Shown piece after piece: positions 10,643 to 21,328 of a stretch of 64,000 bases of DNA (positions are counted from its first letter, which is position 1; each line of letters opens with the position of its first letter). The stretch is from Bacteroidales bacterium (GTDB taxonomy: Bacteria > Bacteroidota > Bacteroidia > Bacteroidales > UBA12481), in NCBI GenBank assembly GCA_041662065.1, contig JBAZTE010000004.1, positions 2,155 through 66,154 on the forward strand. The letters are read 5' to 3'. The notes under the pieces were generated by a model that was given only the letters and a program-made list of their open reading frames with translations, was not told the origin of the DNA and searched no databases. The position numbers and the translations under genes are program-made.

Positions 10643-11275
10643 TTGCTCCAGATTATCGATGAGTTGCGTACCGCAGCTTTCCAACCGGTATTCCGGAAAA
10701 TGGCCGTTTGTGCATAGAATTGCTTTAACACCTAATAAGTCAGCCACCTCCTTGTCGTGACAGGTGTCTCCAATCATGATTATTGAATCTGCCGGTGCAT
10801 GGAGTGAGGAGAGCAGCTCCAACCCCAAATCCCCTTTTCCGTGAGCATAATGATTATCCAGACCCTTGATTTTATCGAAAAACCGGGTAATATCAAAATG
10901 GTCGGTCATTTCTTTCAGTACCCCGGTTTCACTAGCCGACAGCAGATACTGGGTACAACCCATCCGTTCAAACATCTCAAGTGCTTCCAAAGCCCCCTTT
11001 TGCAACCGGCAATCTTTTTTCCTGCTGTCATATAACCGGATAAACTCTAATGCCGGGACTTCAAATGATTCATTATCAAAGTTGAACCCTGCTTCCTGAT
11101 AATAATCCTTTACCGGAAACCGGAAAATCCGGTCATACTTTTCTTCGTCAATGGACGGTAGATTCCTTGCCTTGAGAAGGGTGCTTATGGATTCAATGCA
11201 AAGCCATTTGTCGTTCAGCAGGGTGCCGTTCCAATCCCAAATGATGTGACGGTAACTGAATGGAATTTTATTCAT
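10616..11275 (-). CDS. HAD-superfamily hydrolase (phosphatase-like)
   Basis: Motif I IIWDWNGTLLND and motif IV MIGDTCHD. The 3' ends of this gene and tex overlap convergently by 27 nt. Confidence 0.7.
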   Translation of the reverse strand: MNKIPFSYRHIIWDWNGTLLNDKWLCIESISTLLKARNLPSIDEEKYDRIFRFPVKDYYQEAGFNFDNESFEVPALEFIRLYDSRKKDCRLQKGALEALEMFERMGCTQYLLSASETGVLKEMTDHFDITRFFDKIKGLDNHYAHGKGDLGLELLSSLHAPADSIIMIGDTCHDKEVADLLGVKAILCTNGHFPEYRLESCGTQLIDNLEQLPGLISAV

Positions 11276-11496
11276 GGATGCAAAGAAAAATAAATGGCAT
11301 CATTATTGGCCATTTTATTTAGTAAAACGTTGAATTGGATTACTTCTCTTATGAAAACATAAATCAGAGATGCATAAAATCCGCATAATGAGAGAGTTGT
11401 CATGTTTCAGATTTTATTCTGAAACCTTCATGATGTTGTAAATTTTCCATTTTTATTCCAGTATCTGGAAGAATATGGAAGTTATTGGAAAAATAA

Positions 11497-13224
11497 GTGA
11501 CTGAGTTAATACAACTGAATTGGAAAATTGTTTTGCCGCTGGCAACAGCAGCTCTCATTTCTTTGGTTGTCCTGTTTATATGGATGAGGCGGAGAAAGAT
11601 AGCTTTGCCGGTTTACTTTTGCGGATTGAATAAAACTGCCCTCATTGCGCGGGCGGCCGTGGTTGACCGTATGATGGACGGTCTAATTGTTTTGGACAAT
11701 CACAATTTGGTTCTTGATATCAACTTAACAGCCCAGAAAATTTTCCGAATCACTACTTCTGATGTTCAGGGACAGCATGCCGAAAAAGCGTTTCAACCCT
11801 ATCCCGACCTCCTCGAGAATTTCCGTTACCGGACGCTCAAGAACCAGAACATGCAGATTCAGGTTGGTGAGGAGGTTTTCTATTACCTGCTTGATATTAA
11901 CCCACTTTACGACAAGAAGGGTGGGGTATTAGGGAAAATGCTTGTTTTTCAGGATATTACTTCACTAAAAGTAACAGAGTTCAAACTGGTCGAAGCCAAA
12001 GCCAGGGCGGAGCAGTCCGATAACCTGAAATCGGCCTTCCTGGCCAATATGTCACACGAAATCCGTACTCCGATGAATGCCATCATCGGGTTCTCCAATT
12101 TGTTGAATGATGCGGAAGTCAGCAAAGAAGAACGCGATGAATTTATTGAGCACATCAAGAATAGCGGGAATTCCCTGTTACAGTTGATCGACGATATTAT
12201 TGACATATCAAAGCTGGATGCAGGGCAGATCGTTCAGGAAAATCACCGGATATCCATTACACGCATGCTCGCAGAGCTGTTTTCCTATTTTAATGAAAGC
12301 CTGATTGAAAGCGGAAAGACAAATGTTCAGCTTCTGGTCACGGGAATCCGTGAAAATATTGATTGGTCATTGATTGCCGATGGGGTGATGCTCAACCGGA
12401 TCATGCGTCATCTATTGTCAAATGCGGTGAAATTTACCAATTCCGGGTTTGTTGAATTCGGAGTTAAAAAGGATGGCACCGACGGGATTATTCTATATGT
12501 TCAGGATAGTGGAATAGGCATTGCCCGGGAAAAGCAGGGAATGATTTTCGAACGGTTCAGTCGTGTCATGACCGGTACCCGTCAGGAATATGGCGGAACA
12601 GGAATGGGGTTAGCCATTTGCAAAGGACTTACCGAATTGATGGGTGGTAAGATATGGGTGGAATCAAACCTCGGGACAGGATCCACTTTCAACGTGTCCT
12701 TGAAGGTAGCCCAGTTAGAGGAGCATCCGATATCCGATTCATTGCTGGATATTTACGGTAAGCTGGCTTCGGCAATACCAATCCCGGTACAGGAAGAACC
12801 TTTGGAAGCCGGATTAATTTCGGAATTGGCTGAAACTGATGACCTGACAAAACAGGATAACTGGAGCAAGCGCATTATCCTGGTCATCGAACCTGAAGAA
12901 ATGGTTTACCTGAACCTGGAAATGATTCTGAGACCAACCAAAGTGCATCTCGTATGGGCAAGAAGCATGAGCGAAGCAACCAATTTCCTGGAGAAGTGTA
13001 ATAAGGTTGATTCGATCATTGCCTCCTCTCAATTGAATGATGCCGCGGTCGAAGAGTCAATGAAGTATCTTCATAATAAGCTCCCGGAGATCCCCGTTAT
13101 CGCCACTGTACCGTTTGAAGGTTCATCGATCAGCGGCATTTATTTGGATCTCGGCTGTCTTGCCACTATTGCAAAACCCATCACCCCGGCCCGTTTGTTG
13201 AGCGTCCTGGAACCTTTCATGTAA
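11497..13224 (+). CDS. PAS-domain sensor histidine kinase with a C-terminal degenerate receiver-like domain
   Basis: N-terminal TM helix, a PAS-like region, H-box SHEIRTPMNAIIGF, N-box LLSNAVKFT, G-boxes DSGIGI and GGTGMGLAI, and a C-terminal REC-like ~120 aa. The start is GTG. Confidence 0.85.
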   Translation: MTELIQLNWKIVLPLATAALISLVVLFIWMRRRKIALPVYFCGLNKTALIARAAVVDRMMDGLIVLDNHNLVLDINLTAQKIFRITTSDVQGQHAEKAFQPYPDLLENFRYRTLKNQNMQIQVGEEVFYYLLDINPLYDKKGGVLGKMLVFQDITSLKVTEFKLVEAKARAEQSDNLKSAFLANMSHEIRTPMNAIIGFSNLLNDAEVSKEERDEFIEHIKNSGNSLLQLIDDIIDISKLDAGQIVQENHRISITRMLAELFSYFNESLIESGKTNVQLLVTGIRENIDWSLIADGVMLNRIMRHLLSNAVKFTNSGFVEFGVKKDGTDGIILYVQDSGIGIAREKQGMIFERFSRVMTGTRQEYGGTGMGLAICKGLTELMGGKIWVESNLGTGSTFNVSLKVAQLEEHPISDSLLDIYGKLASAIPIPVQEEPLEAGLISELAETDDLTKQDNWSKRIILVIEPEEMVYLNLEMILRPTKVHLVWARSMSEATNFLEKCNKVDSIIASSQLNDAAVEESMKYLHNKLPEIPVIATVPFEGSSISGIYLDLGCLATIAKPITPARLLSVLEPFM

Positions 13225-13243
13225 TAATCCGTTCGTGAATTGC

Positions 13244-13251
13244 TATTTTTG
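13244..13251 (+). promoter_or_regulatory. Bacteroidota -7 promoter box (TAnnTTTG) upstream of mutS2
   Basis: TATTTTTG lies 22 nt upstream of the TTG start at 13274. Confidence 0.35.
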
Positions 13252-13273
13252 CCCCTGAATTAAGAATAGCAAA

Positions 13274-15763
13274 TTGGTTTATCCGGAAACATTTGAAGAT
13301 AAAATCGGTTTCAACCAGATCCGGCAGAAAGTAGTTGATCTGTGTGTGACCCCGTTAGGTCGCGAATTGGCTGACGCCATGCATGCCTCACCCGTTTTTG
13401 CCAAAGTGAAAGCGCTGCAGGACGACGTTGTTGAATTCTCCGAAATCCTGCTTCACCACACCGACTTTCCCGAACTGGCACCCGTAGATATCCGGAATGC
13501 CATACAAAAGGGTCGCATACCCGGATCCTTCCTGGATGTTCCAGAATGGCTTGACGTCAGGCGCATGCTGACTTCAGTAAGGCAGATCGAAACATTTTTC
13601 GAAAGGAAACCTCCTGAAATTTTAACCGTTACACGGGGTAAAGCGAAACAGCTTAAAATCTTTCCATTTATTCAGGAAAGGCTCGATCAGATATTCAACA
13701 AGATGGGTCAGGTAAAAGACCAGGCCTCCCCCGAGCTTAAAAAGATGCGGCAGGAGATGATTCATTTGCAGGCCAGCATAGGCAAGCGGATGGAGACGGT
13801 GTTGCAGCTCGCCCGGAGTGAGGGCTGGATCGAAAAAGATGTGCAGGCCAGTATTCGTGACGGCCGCCTTGTGATCCCCATTCCGGTAACGCATAAGCGA
13901 CGCATCAAGGGACTGATTCATGATGAATCGGCTACCGGACGCACTGCTTTCGTTGAGCCTCTGGAACTGGTTGAAATGAATAATGAGCTGCGTGAACTCG
14001 AATTGTCGGAGCAGCGCGAGATTGTACGAATATTAGTTGAACTCACCAATCAGCTTCGTCCGTATTTCCCGGATATGGAAAATTGGAACCGCGTGATTGC
14101 AGACTTCGACCTGACGCGCTCAAAAGCAAAAATGTCCATTCGATGGGAGGGCACTCAGGTACTTTTGGAGGAAGATCCCTGCATTCAATGGGAACAAGCA
14201 AGGCATCCACTGCTAGACCTGGTATTCAGATCGGAAAAGAAAAAGGTGGTTCCGCAGGATATACAACTGGATGAAAAAAAGAGGATCATGCTGATTTCCG
14301 GTCCCAACGCCGGAGGAAAATCTGTTTGCCTGAAGGCGGCCGGACTCATCCAGTATCTTATCCAATGCGGTTTTTTGGTTCCGGTCAGGGAAGGATCCCG
14401 CTCGGGGATCTTCGAACAGTTCCTGTTGGATATCGGTGACGAACAATCGATTGAAAACGACCTGAGCACCTACAGCTCGCACCTTCATCATATGAAATTT
14501 TTTCTGAAGAAGGCCGGATCAAGAACCCTCTTCATGATCGATGAATTCGGCGCCGGTACCGAACCCCAGCTTGGAGGAGCCATCGCCGAATCCATTCTGG
14601 GCGACCTGGCTGCCTCAGGGGCCTATGGTGTGGTCACCACGCATTACTCCAATCTGAAACATTTTGCCGCATCAGCCGATGGGGTCGTGAATGCTGCGAT
14701 GAGATTCGATGTGCAGCGCATGCAGCCCCTGTTCGAACTGGAAACAGGAAAACCCGGAAGTTCATTTGCTTTCGAAATAGCAAGGAATATCGGGTTGCCC
14801 GAGGAGGTCATCAAACGGGCATCGGAACTGGTCGGTGACAATCATATTCAATTCGACAAACATCTGAGGGAAATTTCCAGGGATAAGCGCTACTGGGAAA
14901 ACAAGCGCCAACAAATCCGGCAAAACTCAAAAGAGATCGACGAATTGCTGGTAAAATACACGGAAACGATATCCTCGGTTGAAAAGGAGAGGAAAAAGAT
15001 CATTCAGGACACCCGGCAAAAATCAGAAGAGATATTATCGGGCATTAATAAAAAAGTAGAACAGTCCATCCGTGAAATTCGTGAATCGCAGGCTGAAAAG
15101 CTTCGCGTCAAAGGAATACGGGAGGAACTGGAAGCTTTGCGCAAAGGGGTGAAGGACAATATGGACCAGTCCCTTGAAACAGGTTCAAAGCGCCTGGAAA
15201 AGGTGGACCATGAAAACCGACAGGTGAGAAAGAAAATTCATCAGGATGAGCCAAAGTCTGCGGTTACAGAAAAGAAACCTGAACCTGTGAATCTCTGGGC
15301 TATAGGTAATAAGATACGCCTCAAAGACAAGGATATTTTCGCTGAAATCCTGGAGACCCGCGGCAGCAACCTGCTGATCGCCATGGGTCAGATGATTACT
15401 ACCATCCCGGTGGGACAGGCTGAACCGGTATCTGAAAACGAATTTAAGAAAGCCACCGGGGTGAAATCATACGGAACCAGTTTTGCCGGTGTAGATATGG
15501 AAAACCGCAAGTTGTCTTTCACCCCCAGCCTCGACCTGCGGGGCCTGAGGGCGGATGAGGCTTTGCGGAAAGTGACTGAATTCATTGATGAAGCAGTAAT
15601 GGTCGGATCCGCGGAGCTAAGGATACTTCACGGCAAGGGAGATGGGATTCTGCGCAGGATGATCCGCGATTATCTTTCAGGAGTTGATGTGGTCAATCGA
15701 TTCGATGATGAGGATATCCGGTTTGGCGGATCGGGAATCACCGTGGTGAAATTATCATGGTAG
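13274..15763 (+). CDS. mutS2: Endonuclease MutS2 (MutS domain V ATPase plus a C-terminal Smr domain)
   Basis: 829 aa. Walker A SGPNAGGKS, DEFGAGTEP, and an Smr tail LDLRGLRADEAL...LRILHGKGDGILR. Confidence 0.9.
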   Translation: MVYPETFEDKIGFNQIRQKVVDLCVTPLGRELADAMHASPVFAKVKALQDDVVEFSEILLHHTDFPELAPVDIRNAIQKGRIPGSFLDVPEWLDVRRMLTSVRQIETFFERKPPEILTVTRGKAKQLKIFPFIQERLDQIFNKMGQVKDQASPELKKMRQEMIHLQASIGKRMETVLQLARSEGWIEKDVQASIRDGRLVIPIPVTHKRRIKGLIHDESATGRTAFVEPLELVEMNNELRELELSEQREIVRILVELTNQLRPYFPDMENWNRVIADFDLTRSKAKMSIRWEGTQVLLEEDPCIQWEQARHPLLDLVFRSEKKKVVPQDIQLDEKKRIMLISGPNAGGKSVCLKAAGLIQYLIQCGFLVPVREGSRSGIFEQFLLDIGDEQSIENDLSTYSSHLHHMKFFLKKAGSRTLFMIDEFGAGTEPQLGGAIAESILGDLAASGAYGVVTTHYSNLKHFAASADGVVNAAMRFDVQRMQPLFELETGKPGSSFAFEIARNIGLPEEVIKRASELVGDNHIQFDKHLREISRDKRYWENKRQQIRQNSKEIDELLVKYTETISSVEKERKKIIQDTRQKSEEILSGINKKVEQSIREIRESQAEKLRVKGIREELEALRKGVKDNMDQSLETGSKRLEKVDHENRQVRKKIHQDEPKSAVTEKKPEPVNLWAIGNKIRLKDKDIFAEILETRGSNLLIAMGQMITTIPVGQAEPVSENEFKKATGVKSYGTSFAGVDMENRKLSFTPSLDLRGLRADEALRKVTEFIDEAVMVGSAELRILHGKGDGILRRMIRDYLSGVDVVNRFDDEDIRFGGSGITVVKLSW

Positions 15764-15924
15764 GCTCTGTTGAGCAACATCCGCATACATTTGTACAGCC
15801 GGATAAATTATTACACTTTTAGGGGATTTCCATCAATAAATACATAGAATGTTAAAACTCCTTAAAAGCATTACCTGTCGATAATAAAATACACTATTTT
15901 TAGAACATTCTAAAATTAACCGAA

Positions 15925-17391
15925 ATGACGAACCAGCTTTTTAAAGTTAAACCTTTTAATCAGCTCCAGGCCGAGGCTAAAAGCGACAGCCACGGATTTA
16001 AGCGGGCTTTAACGGCTACGAACCTCATTACCCTGGGGATCGGAGCCATCATAGGGGCCGGTATTTTTGTGCTTACCGGAGAGGTTTCTGCCAATTATGC
16101 AGGACCGGCCATTATCCTTTCATTTCTGGTTGCCGCCCTTGCATGCGCTGCTGCCGGATTGTGCTACGCGGAGCTGACTTCCATGATTCCGATCTCCGGA
16201 AGTGCTTATACCTATGCCTATGCCACAATCGGTGAATTTTTCGGGTGGATCATCGGATGGGTCCTGATCGTAGAGTATCTGTTCGCTGCTTCTACCGTAA
16301 GTGTCGGATGGTCGGGTTATGTGGTCAGTCTGCTCGGCAATATGGGAATTCATCTGCCTGCGGCTCTGACAACAGCACCAATTATATACAATGATGTGAC
16401 CAATGGCTTTGAAATGGCTCAGGGAGGTATCATGAATATCCCGGCCATGCTCATCATTTTCCTGGTGACCATCCTGTTGGTTACCGGAGTGAAGGAATCG
16501 GCCCGGTTTAATAATGTTATCGTATTTATTAAACTTTTCGTCATCATCACCTTTATTCTGGTTGGCCTTTTCTTCATGAAAAAAGCTAACTGGCACCCGT
16601 TTATTCCTGAAAATCAAGGGAGTTTTGGAAAATTTGGAGTTAGCGGTATCCTGAGGGGGGCCGCGGTGATCTTCTTTGCCTATATCGGTTTTGATGCCGT
16701 TTCTACAGCGGCTCAGGAATCCAAGAATCCACAGCGCGATTTGCCCATTGGCATTCTGGGTTCACTTGCTATTTGTACCGTATTGTATATTCTTGTTGCC
16801 CTGGTGCTTACGGGCATTGTTCCTTATACAAAACTGGGCGTTCCTGATCCGATCGCCGTGGGTGTTGATGCCATTGGCGTAACCTGGCTGTCGCCGCTTA
16901 TCAAGATCGGTGCCGTGGCCGGATTAAGCTCGGTGATACTGGTCATGCTTCTGGGACAACCACGTATCTTTTTCGTAATGGCCAAGGACGGATTGCTCCC
17001 ACCGGTTTTCGCCAAAATGCATCCAAAATTCGGAACCCCTTATGCAGCCACCATTATCGTTGGTTTATTGGCCATGGTTTTGGCCGGTGCTTTCCCGATC
17101 GGCGTGCTGAGTAAGTTGGTTTCGCTTGGTACTTTGCTTGCATTCTCCTCCATTTGTCTGGCTATCCTCATCCTGCGCAAAAGACAGCCTGATACCCACC
17201 GGCCGTTTAAAACTCCCTGGTCGCCTTATGTTCCGATTTTCGGAATCGTTTGCTGTCTGGGCGTTACCACCTTCCTGAACCTCTATGCCTGGATGGCAAT
17301 GGGAGTCTGGTTGTGTATTGGCCTGATCGTTTATTTTACTTATGGCAAAAGCCATAGCAAACTTAACAAGGCAACATTAGCCGGTCAGTAG
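15925..17391 (+). CDS. APC-superfamily amino acid permease (cationic amino acid transporter-like)
   Basis: 488 aa with about 12-13 hydrophobic helices and an N-terminus typical of this family (LKRALTATNLITLGIGAIIGAGIFVLTG). Confidence 0.85.
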   Translation: MTNQLFKVKPFNQLQAEAKSDSHGFKRALTATNLITLGIGAIIGAGIFVLTGEVSANYAGPAIILSFLVAALACAAAGLCYAELTSMIPISGSAYTYAYATIGEFFGWIIGWVLIVEYLFAASTVSVGWSGYVVSLLGNMGIHLPAALTTAPIIYNDVTNGFEMAQGGIMNIPAMLIIFLVTILLVTGVKESARFNNVIVFIKLFVIITFILVGLFFMKKANWHPFIPENQGSFGKFGVSGILRGAAVIFFAYIGFDAVSTAAQESKNPQRDLPIGILGSLAICTVLYILVALVLTGIVPYTKLGVPDPIAVGVDAIGVTWLSPLIKIGAVAGLSSVILVMLLGQPRIFFVMAKDGLLPPVFAKMHPKFGTPYAATIIVGLLAMVLAGAFPIGVLSKLVSLGTLLAFSSICLAILILRKRQPDTHRPFKTPWSPYVPIFGIVCCLGVTTFLNLYAWMAMGVWLCIGLIVYFTYGKSHSKLNKATLAGQ

Positions 17392-17398
17392 GCGGGAA

Positions 17399-17953
17399 TC
17401 ACCGGTTCCAGGCAGGATCTGACTGGACTACTTTCAAGGTAAACTTTTTCCCGATCGGGTATTTCCTGACCTGAAACCGCGGTAAAATTAATCCGGCAGT
17501 CAGCAAGGAACCGGCAACAATCAAATTGGTTGGCGTGGGAATTAAATCAATGAATTTTCCTCCCGTGTTCCTGTGCTGAAACAGCGTGTTGATCGCTCCG
17601 ATTACCAGATAACCCGGTGCAGCTATCTGGAGAGCTTTGCCTGACCCGGCGAAATTAAATCCGGTACGATAATGAACCACGCAGGAGATGCTGGAAATCG
17701 GAACTTCCAGTCCGGAAATGACCAGGTAATCGGCCCCGATGCCCTGAATGAAATATTCCTCCGGGAAACTATTGCCGGCTCTAATAACAGTGATCGGGTC
17801 GCCCGTGAAAAAATGGAGCTTGTTCTTAAAGCCTTGTTTTTTCAGGATCAGATGGTTTTCCATCTGGGCTGATAAACCAAAAGGAGGTAGAATCAATCCG
17901 GCCATTAGGACCCATACGGCCAGGATCTTTGGAAAATACCTGTTTTCACTCAT
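17399..17953 (-). CDS. Hypothetical membrane/secreted protein
   Basis: 184-aa ORF with an N-terminal signal/TM segment and a C-terminal hydrophobic segment. It is tightly packed between neighbouring genes, and I recognise no motif. Confidence 0.45.
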   Translation of the reverse strand: MSENRYFPKILAVWVLMAGLILPPFGLSAQMENHLILKKQGFKNKLHFFTGDPITVIRAGNSFPEEYFIQGIGADYLVISGLEVPISSISCVVHYRTGFNFAGSGKALQIAAPGYLVIGAINTLFQHRNTGGKFIDLIPTPTNLIVAGSLLTAGLILPRFQVRKYPIGKKFTLKVVQSDPAWNR

Positions 17954-17956
17954 AAC

Positions 17957-18613
17957 CTATTTTTTAACGGCAATGGTTATCTCTCTTTTACCGGGCGGAC
18001 CCGGGGCCTTCTCTACCAAAAATCCTGCTTCCCGGAGGTTCCTCCTGATTTGTCCCTTGGCGGAGTAGGTGACCAGAATCGCCTCCTTTTTCATGGAACT
18101 GCCTATTTTTGCAAAAATTCCGGTTGTCCATAGATCTGGCTGAAAATCAGGTCCGAACGCATCAAAATAGACCAGGTCAAATGTTCTTTCCGAATAGAAA
18201 CGAAGGATATCACCCCTGATTTTTATTAATTTAAATGATTCAATGATAGAAGTTTCAACATCCCAGGGTGCAGCGTGAAGCTGATTGAAAATCCCCGTAC
18301 CGGACTCCAGGAGATCGGGATAATTGAGCTGGCGGGATTCTTCGGCGCTGAGCGGGAAAGCTTCCCAGGATTCATAAATGACTGACCGGCGGTCCGACTT
18401 TGATCTCATCAGGGTCAGCAATGCGTTCAACCCGGTTCCGAAGCCAATTTCAAGAATGGTAACCGTATCAGCGGTGACCCGGTCATATCCATTTTTAATA
18501 AATATATGGCAGCTCTCCTGAATCGCACCGTGAACTGAATGAAAGTGTTCGCCCATTTCCGGGACAAAAAACGAGTGGGAACCATCTTCGGTCAGTACAA
18601 GCTGTCGGATCAT
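17957..18613 (-). CDS. mnmD: MnmC-N/MnmD-like SAM-dependent tRNA U34 methyltransferase
   Basis: SAM motif I ILEIGFGTGLN, and YFDAFGPDFQPDLW matching the DAFAPxxNPxLW signature of the MnmC methyltransferase domain. Confidence 0.6.
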   Translation of the reverse strand: MIRQLVLTEDGSHSFFVPEMGEHFHSVHGAIQESCHIFIKNGYDRVTADTVTILEIGFGTGLNALLTLMRSKSDRRSVIYESWEAFPLSAEESRQLNYPDLLESGTGIFNQLHAAPWDVETSIIESFKLIKIRGDILRFYSERTFDLVYFDAFGPDFQPDLWTTGIFAKIGSSMKKEAILVTYSAKGQIRRNLREAGFLVEKAPGPPGKREITIAVKK

Positions 18614-18677
18614 TTGGTGAAAGGATTGCTGAAAATGTATATTTTTAGCGGTAAATTTAAGAAAAGAGAATCAGTTT

Positions 18678-20381
18678 ATGGAAGCCCGTTGTATATCGAC
18701 AAAAACCGTAAAAGAGAGTGCAATACCCGTGATTGGTGTTTTTGCCACCTGTGACCCCAGAATTGATCCTGCTGCCCGTGAAAGGGCAGGAAACATCGTC
18801 AAGATACATGCCGGCAAGCTTGCCGATGCGGTGAAACTCCCCGACGGCCGGATGGTTCCCGTGGTTTATTCCGATCTTTTGATTGATACAGAGAAAGAGG
18901 CTGATAAAGTGGCCAGTTCATTCATCGCCGCCGGTGTTACCATACTGGTCGGTTTGCCCGATACCTGGGCATTCCCGCAACTGACCGTATTATCCCTGCT
19001 CGCGCATTTTCCCAAGGATACCCCGCTGAATTTCACCTGTGGTAACAGCGGTCCGAAACCCGGAGTCGTTTTTACCCATGCGGTATCTGGAGCGGTTGCG
19101 CAATCAGGCCGGCTGATGCATATCAATGTGGGTTCCTGGCCCGACGATGGGTTAAAACCCGAGATGACCCGGGAAACATTGAATTCACTTGTTGATTGGC
19201 TTTACGCCGCCGTGACCTTTCAGTTTGTCAAAGGAAAAAGGGTGGTGGTTTTCGGACATGACTCCATGGGTATGGAAACCGCCATGCAGCATATCATTCC
19301 CACCAGGAACACCTTTGGTATTGAAATTACCAGGTTGGATATGAAGCTCCTGGCAGATATGCTCCACAAGAAAGCTTATGACGGGGAAGAACTTAAGGCG
19401 CTCAGGAACTGGATCGGTACGGGGTTCGGCAAGGTGGAACTGAAAACTACCGAAGACGAAGGCAGATTAAATGATAGCCTTGCAATGTACCTGATTGCCA
19501 GGAACTTGATCAACGATCTTGACGGAATTGGCGGAGGCTTCATGTCGCAGCTGGAGTGGGGCTCCGATCACCGGGGAATTCCGCTGCCGGTAGCAGATGC
19601 CATGGAATCCATATTTAATTCAACTTTTGACCATAACGGCCCCAAACCGGCGATACCATTCGCAACGGAAGCCGATACCCAGGGGCTCCTCACGATGTTG
19701 TTTTACACTTATCTTTCCGGTGGAAACCCGCCGCTTTTCATGGATTTCCGGAAAATTTGGGAGCCTTGGGAAATCAGTTCTCTCGCAAAATCGCTGAACC
19801 TGGATCTCCCGGCTGACAAATGGGCTGCCAGAGGATTCGTCGATGGGAATAACAGCGGTTCGGCTTCATTTAACTGGGCCGGATTGCCCGGCGAATCACC
19901 CAAGTCAGTGACCTCCCGGATAACCTTTCCTCTGGCTGATCCCGCCTATTTCCCGGGTATGGGAAATTCAGTGACTTTCCTCACTCCCGGCGGGATCAGG
20001 GGAATCGCCGGCCGTCTGGCTTACAGCGTTTTGTCAGGCATGTTTTCCATGGTATGGGATGAAGCGGAAACCGTCGAACTCCCGGCAGCCCTGGCAAATG
20101 CCGTATGCAATAAAACCAATGCCACCTGGCCGCATACCTTTATAACACCTGATTTTGCTTCGATGGCTGAATATAAGCACTATGCACCGGCCAACCACCT
20201 TCATATGACCTGGAACCTTCCGGCTGCCCGACTGCAATACTGGATGGATCTTGCCAATGTTCTGTCGGTGACTCCCTGGCAGGCAAAACCTGCCTTCAGA
20301 GAGTATGTCGATCGTCCGCTGCCCCTGCTTTATCTGCTCAATGGCGGTGAAAATCAAACTAAAATTCTTCGAAAAGTCTAA
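18678..20381 (+). CDS. fucI: L-fucose isomerase family protein
   Basis: 567 aa. It aligns by eye with E. coli FucI around the metal and catalytic positions: FATEADTQG (ATEND), FMDFRKIW (FADVRTYW), NSGSASFNW, TNATWPHTFITP and PANHLHMTW. Confidence 0.65.
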   Translation: MEARCISTKTVKESAIPVIGVFATCDPRIDPAARERAGNIVKIHAGKLADAVKLPDGRMVPVVYSDLLIDTEKEADKVASSFIAAGVTILVGLPDTWAFPQLTVLSLLAHFPKDTPLNFTCGNSGPKPGVVFTHAVSGAVAQSGRLMHINVGSWPDDGLKPEMTRETLNSLVDWLYAAVTFQFVKGKRVVVFGHDSMGMETAMQHIIPTRNTFGIEITRLDMKLLADMLHKKAYDGEELKALRNWIGTGFGKVELKTTEDEGRLNDSLAMYLIARNLINDLDGIGGGFMSQLEWGSDHRGIPLPVADAMESIFNSTFDHNGPKPAIPFATEADTQGLLTMLFYTYLSGGNPPLFMDFRKIWEPWEISSLAKSLNLDLPADKWAARGFVDGNNSGSASFNWAGLPGESPKSVTSRITFPLADPAYFPGMGNSVTFLTPGGIRGIAGRLAYSVLSGMFSMVWDEAETVELPAALANAVCNKTNATWPHTFITPDFASMAEYKHYAPANHLHMTWNLPAARLQYWMDLANVLSVTPWQAKPAFREYVDRPLPLLYLLNGGENQTKILRKV

Positions 20382-20385
20382 ATAG

Positions 20386-21318
20386 ATGAAAATGAAATTC
20401 AAATTGGTATTATCGGCCCTTGTCTTAATAATTTTTACTGCCGGTGCGGGCTTATCCCAATCGGAAGAGTTTCCGGCTCCCCCGATGATTAAAAGCTACA
20501 AGAATGCAAAGGGTAAAATATCGAAATATAACAACTTCAATTATCTCGATGTCAGGGATGTGGCCGGAAAGAATAACCGGCAGGCCATGGGGCATTACTG
20601 GGAGATTTCCTATAGTTATGATTCGGTATTCCGTCAGAAAAAGAAATTCAGGGATTTTGTGGTTAATCAGATCGGAGAAAGCAAGGGTAGCCTGTTCTTT
20701 GAAGATACCCTTCAGGTTCAATTTGTTATCCCGGCTGAAGATGGTAATGTTTGGGGCCGTCTGGTGCTTGCGAGTGATAAGGTTTACCGTTTAAGACTCA
20801 TTAAAGAGGTTCCTTTTATTAATCCCCTGGTTTTCGATACCAAAATCAATGCAATTTTTGACAAATATGTCGACTCCGTAACCCTTCCGCCAAGGATCAA
20901 TTATATGCCGAAAGCGGTTGTAACAAGAGTCCAGTATAGCAAGTTCGATCATCAGGAGTATACCTGGAACGTTAAGGATACTCTCTTCCGTCAGAAGGTC
21001 ATGGGGTCTTTCTGGGATATCAAAATCGAGGTCAAGAACAGCAAGGGCCAGGTTGATAAACAAATATCCACGGTTGAGATTTTGGAGAGTTACTATCGTG
21101 CCTGTGTAAAGGCCGGTGGAACAATCATCAAAAGCCGTCCAAGGGAGTTGATCTTTACCTTACCTGTGACCAAAGCGACGCTCTGGTGCAGGATTACCGT
21201 TTCCCTTGATGGAGTGTATTTTGTTCGAGCACTGATTGAATCGGACATGGATAAATCGAAGCCTGAAAAAATGGTTTCCCTTCCTTCTCAACCGGCTGAT
21301 TCAACCGGAGGGAAATGA
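20386..21318 (+). CDS. Hypothetical secreted protein
   Basis: 310-aa ORF with a signal peptide (MKMKFKLVLSALVLIIFTAGAGLSQ). I recognise no motif. Confidence 0.55.
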   Translation: MKMKFKLVLSALVLIIFTAGAGLSQSEEFPAPPMIKSYKNAKGKISKYNNFNYLDVRDVAGKNNRQAMGHYWEISYSYDSVFRQKKKFRDFVVNQIGESKGSLFFEDTLQVQFVIPAEDGNVWGRLVLASDKVYRLRLIKEVPFINPLVFDTKINAIFDKYVDSVTLPPRINYMPKAVVTRVQYSKFDHQEYTWNVKDTLFRQKVMGSFWDIKIEVKNSKGQVDKQISTVEILESYYRACVKAGGTIIKSRPRELIFTLPVTKATLWCRITVSLDGVYFVRALIESDMDKSKPEKMVSLPSQPADSTGGK

Positions 21319-21328
21319 TTCATTCCCG

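Noticed and set aside
11276-11496. The 221-bp AT-rich leader upstream of the histidine kinase, with small hairpins (gtttcaga-N6-tctgaaac at 11404..11425 and ttccag-tat-ctggaa), considered as a possible riboswitch or sRNA.
   Set aside because: There are no conserved riboswitch core motifs that I can recognise. The stems are short and AT-rich, and the region is adequately explained as a divergent promoter region.
21236-21328. The tracked ATG start at 21236 for the acylphosphatase gene.
   Set aside because: It would overlap the preceding gene by 83 nt and add 31 non-homologous residues. The ATG at 21329 gives the standard ~91-aa acylphosphatase.
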